Shown here one piece after another: positions 29,895 through 32,000 of a stretch of DNA of 32,000 bases. The DNA is from Candidatus Arthromitus sp. SFB-mouse-Japan (lineage in GTDB: Bacteria > Bacillota > Clostridia > Clostridiales > Clostridiaceae), in NCBI RefSeq assembly GCF_000270205.1, contig NC_015913.1:750001-782000 (forward strand), in the 5' to 3' direction. The notes under the pieces were generated by a model. It saw only the letters and a list, made by a program, of their open reading frames with translations, made no database searches and had not been told where the DNA came from. A program made the translations under genes and the position numbers. Positions within the stretch are counted from its first letter, which is position 1; each line of letters opens with the position of its first letter.

Positions 29895-32000
29895 ATGAAA
29901 GTTTTAAAAATAGAAATTTGGGAAGATAAGAGAAATGTTTTAATTTATATTGAATACGAAGATGATTTTAATAAGGATGATTTGAAAGCAAAACTTAGAA
30001 ATCAAGTAGATAAAAATTTTAATTATGAAATTATTTTAATAAAAAACTGCTATTCTAAATCTGTGGATGATTTTTTACATAATAATTATGATTCATTTCT
30101 TGAGTATGTTAAGTTCACTAATCCAATATTTTATCCAGTTTTTTTTGTGAAACCTAATGTAGTTGATAGTAAACTGATTTATATATCGTCAAATAATTTT
30201 ATAATAAATAAGTTTAATAACAATAATGTAAATATCGAGCTTGAAGGTTTTGTTAAATATTTCTTCAATATAGATGTGAATATAGAAATTGTTTATGGTA
30301 ATCAGAAAGAAGATTTTATTAAAGATGATATAATTGTTGAAAATAAAACTATTGATTCTATCCCTAATGATCCAGTTTTTTTAAATAGTAAGGTTAAGGT
30401 AGATAATAATAAGTACTCAGATGATAGTGTCATTGTTGGGAAACAAATTCTTGAAAATGCGATTGAGATATCTTCGATTACTATTCCTGAAAAAAATATA
30501 GTTATTCAAGGATGTATCTTTAACCAAAAAGTTTTGACAACTAAAACAGGTAAAAAAATTCTTAATTTTTATATCAATGATGATACATCATCTATAAATG
30601 TAAAGTATTTTTTGAGATTAAAAGATAATGAAAATATTTTAGACAAAGTGAAAAATGATTCCAATGTTAAAATTAAAGGTGAGGTTGTGATGGATAACTT
30701 CACAAATGAATTAGCAATTATTGCGTATAATATTAGTTCTATTAGTAAGATAGAACGAAGAGATGATTATGGAGAAAAACGAATTGAATTACATTCTCAT
30801 ACAAATCTTAGCACAATGGATTCTGTGATTAATGTTAATGCATTATTTAAAACTTTGAAAGATTGGGGACATAAATCAGTAGCAATTACTGATCATAATG
30901 TAGTTCAAGCATATCCAAATGTTATGGATGCTTCTAAAAAGTTTGGGATTAAACCTATTTATGGTATAGAGATTAATATGGTTGATGATTTGAAACCATT
31001 AATTAATGATGATTTTGGTAAAACAATTAATGATACTTTTGTAGTTTTTGATATTGAAACCACGGGATTTTCAAATGTGAATGAAAAAATAATTGAGATT
31101 GGTGCTGTTAAAATTATAAATGGAGAAATTGTAGATGAATTTTCTACATTTGTTAATCCAGAGATGAATATACCGTATAAAATTACAGAATTAACATCAA
31201 TAAGTAATGAAATGGTAGCAGGTGCTCCTATTATTGAAAATATTATTGGAGAATTTTATGATTTTTGTTCTGGAGCAATACTTGTTGCTCACAACATAGA
31301 TTTTGATATGTCGTTTATTAGGAGAAATGGTAATAAATTTGGATATAGTTTTAAAAATTCTTTACTGGATACTATAGACATATGTAAATTCTTATTTCCT
31401 GAACTTAAGAGATATAGGTTAAATGTAGTTGCTAAACATTTAGCAATACCTCTTGATAATCATCATAGAGCGGTAGATGATGCTAAAGCAACAGCGATGA
31501 TTTTAATTAAATGTTTTGAGCGATTAAAATCACAAGAGATTTTGAGTTTAGAGGATCTGAATAAGAAGTATAGAGAAAATATACATATATCAAAAATTTT
31601 TACATATCAAACTGTATTGCTTGCAAAAGATTATAATGGTTTAAAAAATATATATAAGCTTGTATCTAAGGGTCATTTGGAATATTTTTTTAAGACATCG
31701 AGAATTCCAAAGAGTGAGATATTGAAGCACCGAGAAGGTATATTAATAGGTGCATCATTTAGAGAAGGAGAAATATTTAAGGCTATTACTGATTATTTAG
31801 ATGATGATAGGATTAATGATATAATAGACTTTTATGATTATTTTGAAATTTCTCCTCCTGTTAATTGTACAGAGCAGATTAGATCTGAGAGATTTAAAGA
31901 TTATAAAGAGATTGAAGATGTTATAAAGGAAATTTATAAGTTAGGGAAGAAAAATGAAAAATTAGTAGTTGCTGTTTCAAATGCTCATTATATAGAAAAG
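29895..32000 (+). CDS. polC: DNA polymerase III alpha subunit, PolC type (N-terminal 702 codons; 3' end outside window)
   Basis: Hand translation from ATG 29895 through the PHP motif and spot checks further downstream found no stop, and the frame appears to run to the window end. The ORF is absent from the track because it has no stop. PHP motif RIELHSHTNLSTMDS (30780 onward). Inserted 3'-5' exonuclease motifs FVVFDIETTGFS, IIEIGAVKI and ILVAHNIDFDMSFI. Confidence 0.9.
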   Translation, partial: MKVLKIEIWEDKRNVLIYIEYEDDFNKDDLKAKLRNQVDKNFNYEIILIKNCYSKSVDDFLHNNYDSFLEYVKFTNPIFYPVFFVKPNVVDSKLIYISSNNFIINKFNNNNVNIELEGFVKYFFNIDVNIEIVYGNQKEDFIKDDIIVENKTIDSIPNDPVFLNSKVKVDNNKYSDDSVIVGKQILENAIEISSITIPEKNIVIQGCIFNQKVLTTKTGKKILNFYINDDTSSINVKYFLRLKDNENILDKVKNDSNVKIKGEVVMDNFTNELAIIAYNISSISKIERRDDYGEKRIELHSHTNLSTMDSVINVNALFKTLKDWGHKSVAITDHNVVQAYPNVMDASKKFGIKPIYGIEINMVDDLKPLINDDFGKTINDTFVVFDIETTGFSNVNEKIIEIGAVKIINGEIVDEFSTFVNPEMNIPYKITELTSISNEMVAGAPIIENIIGEFYDFCSGAILVAHNIDFDMSFIRRNGNKFGYSFKNSLLDTIDICKFLFPELKRYRLNVVAKHLAIPLDNHHRAVDDAKATAMILIKCFERLKSQEILSLEDLNKKYRENIHISKIFTYQTVLLAKDYNGLKNIYKLVSKGHLEYFFKTSRIPKSEILKHREGILIGASFREGEIFKAITDYLDDDRINDIIDFYDYFEISPPVNCTEQIRSERFKDYKEIEDVIKEIYKLGKKNEKLVVAVSNAHYIEK

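Overview
AT-rich Firmicutes-type chromosome segment. Hand counts of sample lines give roughly 25-30% GC; exact taxon cannot be assigned from sequence alone. The right half (18.2-32 kb) is a conserved housekeeping block on the + strand: comM/yifB-dprA-topA, then rpsB-tsf-pyrH-frr-uppS-cdsA-rseP-ispG-polC (polC runs off the right edge). The left half is accessory and transport oriented. It holds a 5'-truncated GH1 phospho-beta-glucosidase of clearly higher GC (about 42-45% by hand count) and four small secreted or membrane proteins of unknown function. It also holds a TetR repressor with two copies of a palindromic operator flanking its gene, upstream of a DUF2871-like membrane protein, and an ElaA-like GNAT. 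A RAT/terminator-controlled beta-glucoside operon follows (PTS EIIBCA, GH1 hydrolase, LicT-type antiterminator). Next come a PRD-domain activator with an ascorbate-family (Ula/SgaT-type) PTS EIIA-EIIC-EIIB but no catabolic genes, a Zn-ribbon SAM methyltransferase with an unassigned N-terminal domain, and cardiolipin synthase. I found no tRNA, rRNA, CRISPR, transposase, integrase or recognisable defence genes, and no convincing undescribed multi-gene system. The strongest observations concern the bgl operon. It carries two independent probable loss-of-function lesions: an in-frame amber stop splitting the GH1 gene, and a Tyr at the universally conserved phospho-His of the EIIA-Glc domain. An intact GH1 paralog of foreign composition sits 7 kb away. 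The best candidates for uncharacterised biology are the envelope-protein cluster at 2.0-4.5 kb, with its unusually long repeat-bearing leader, and the orphan methyltransferase. Both remain hypotheses.
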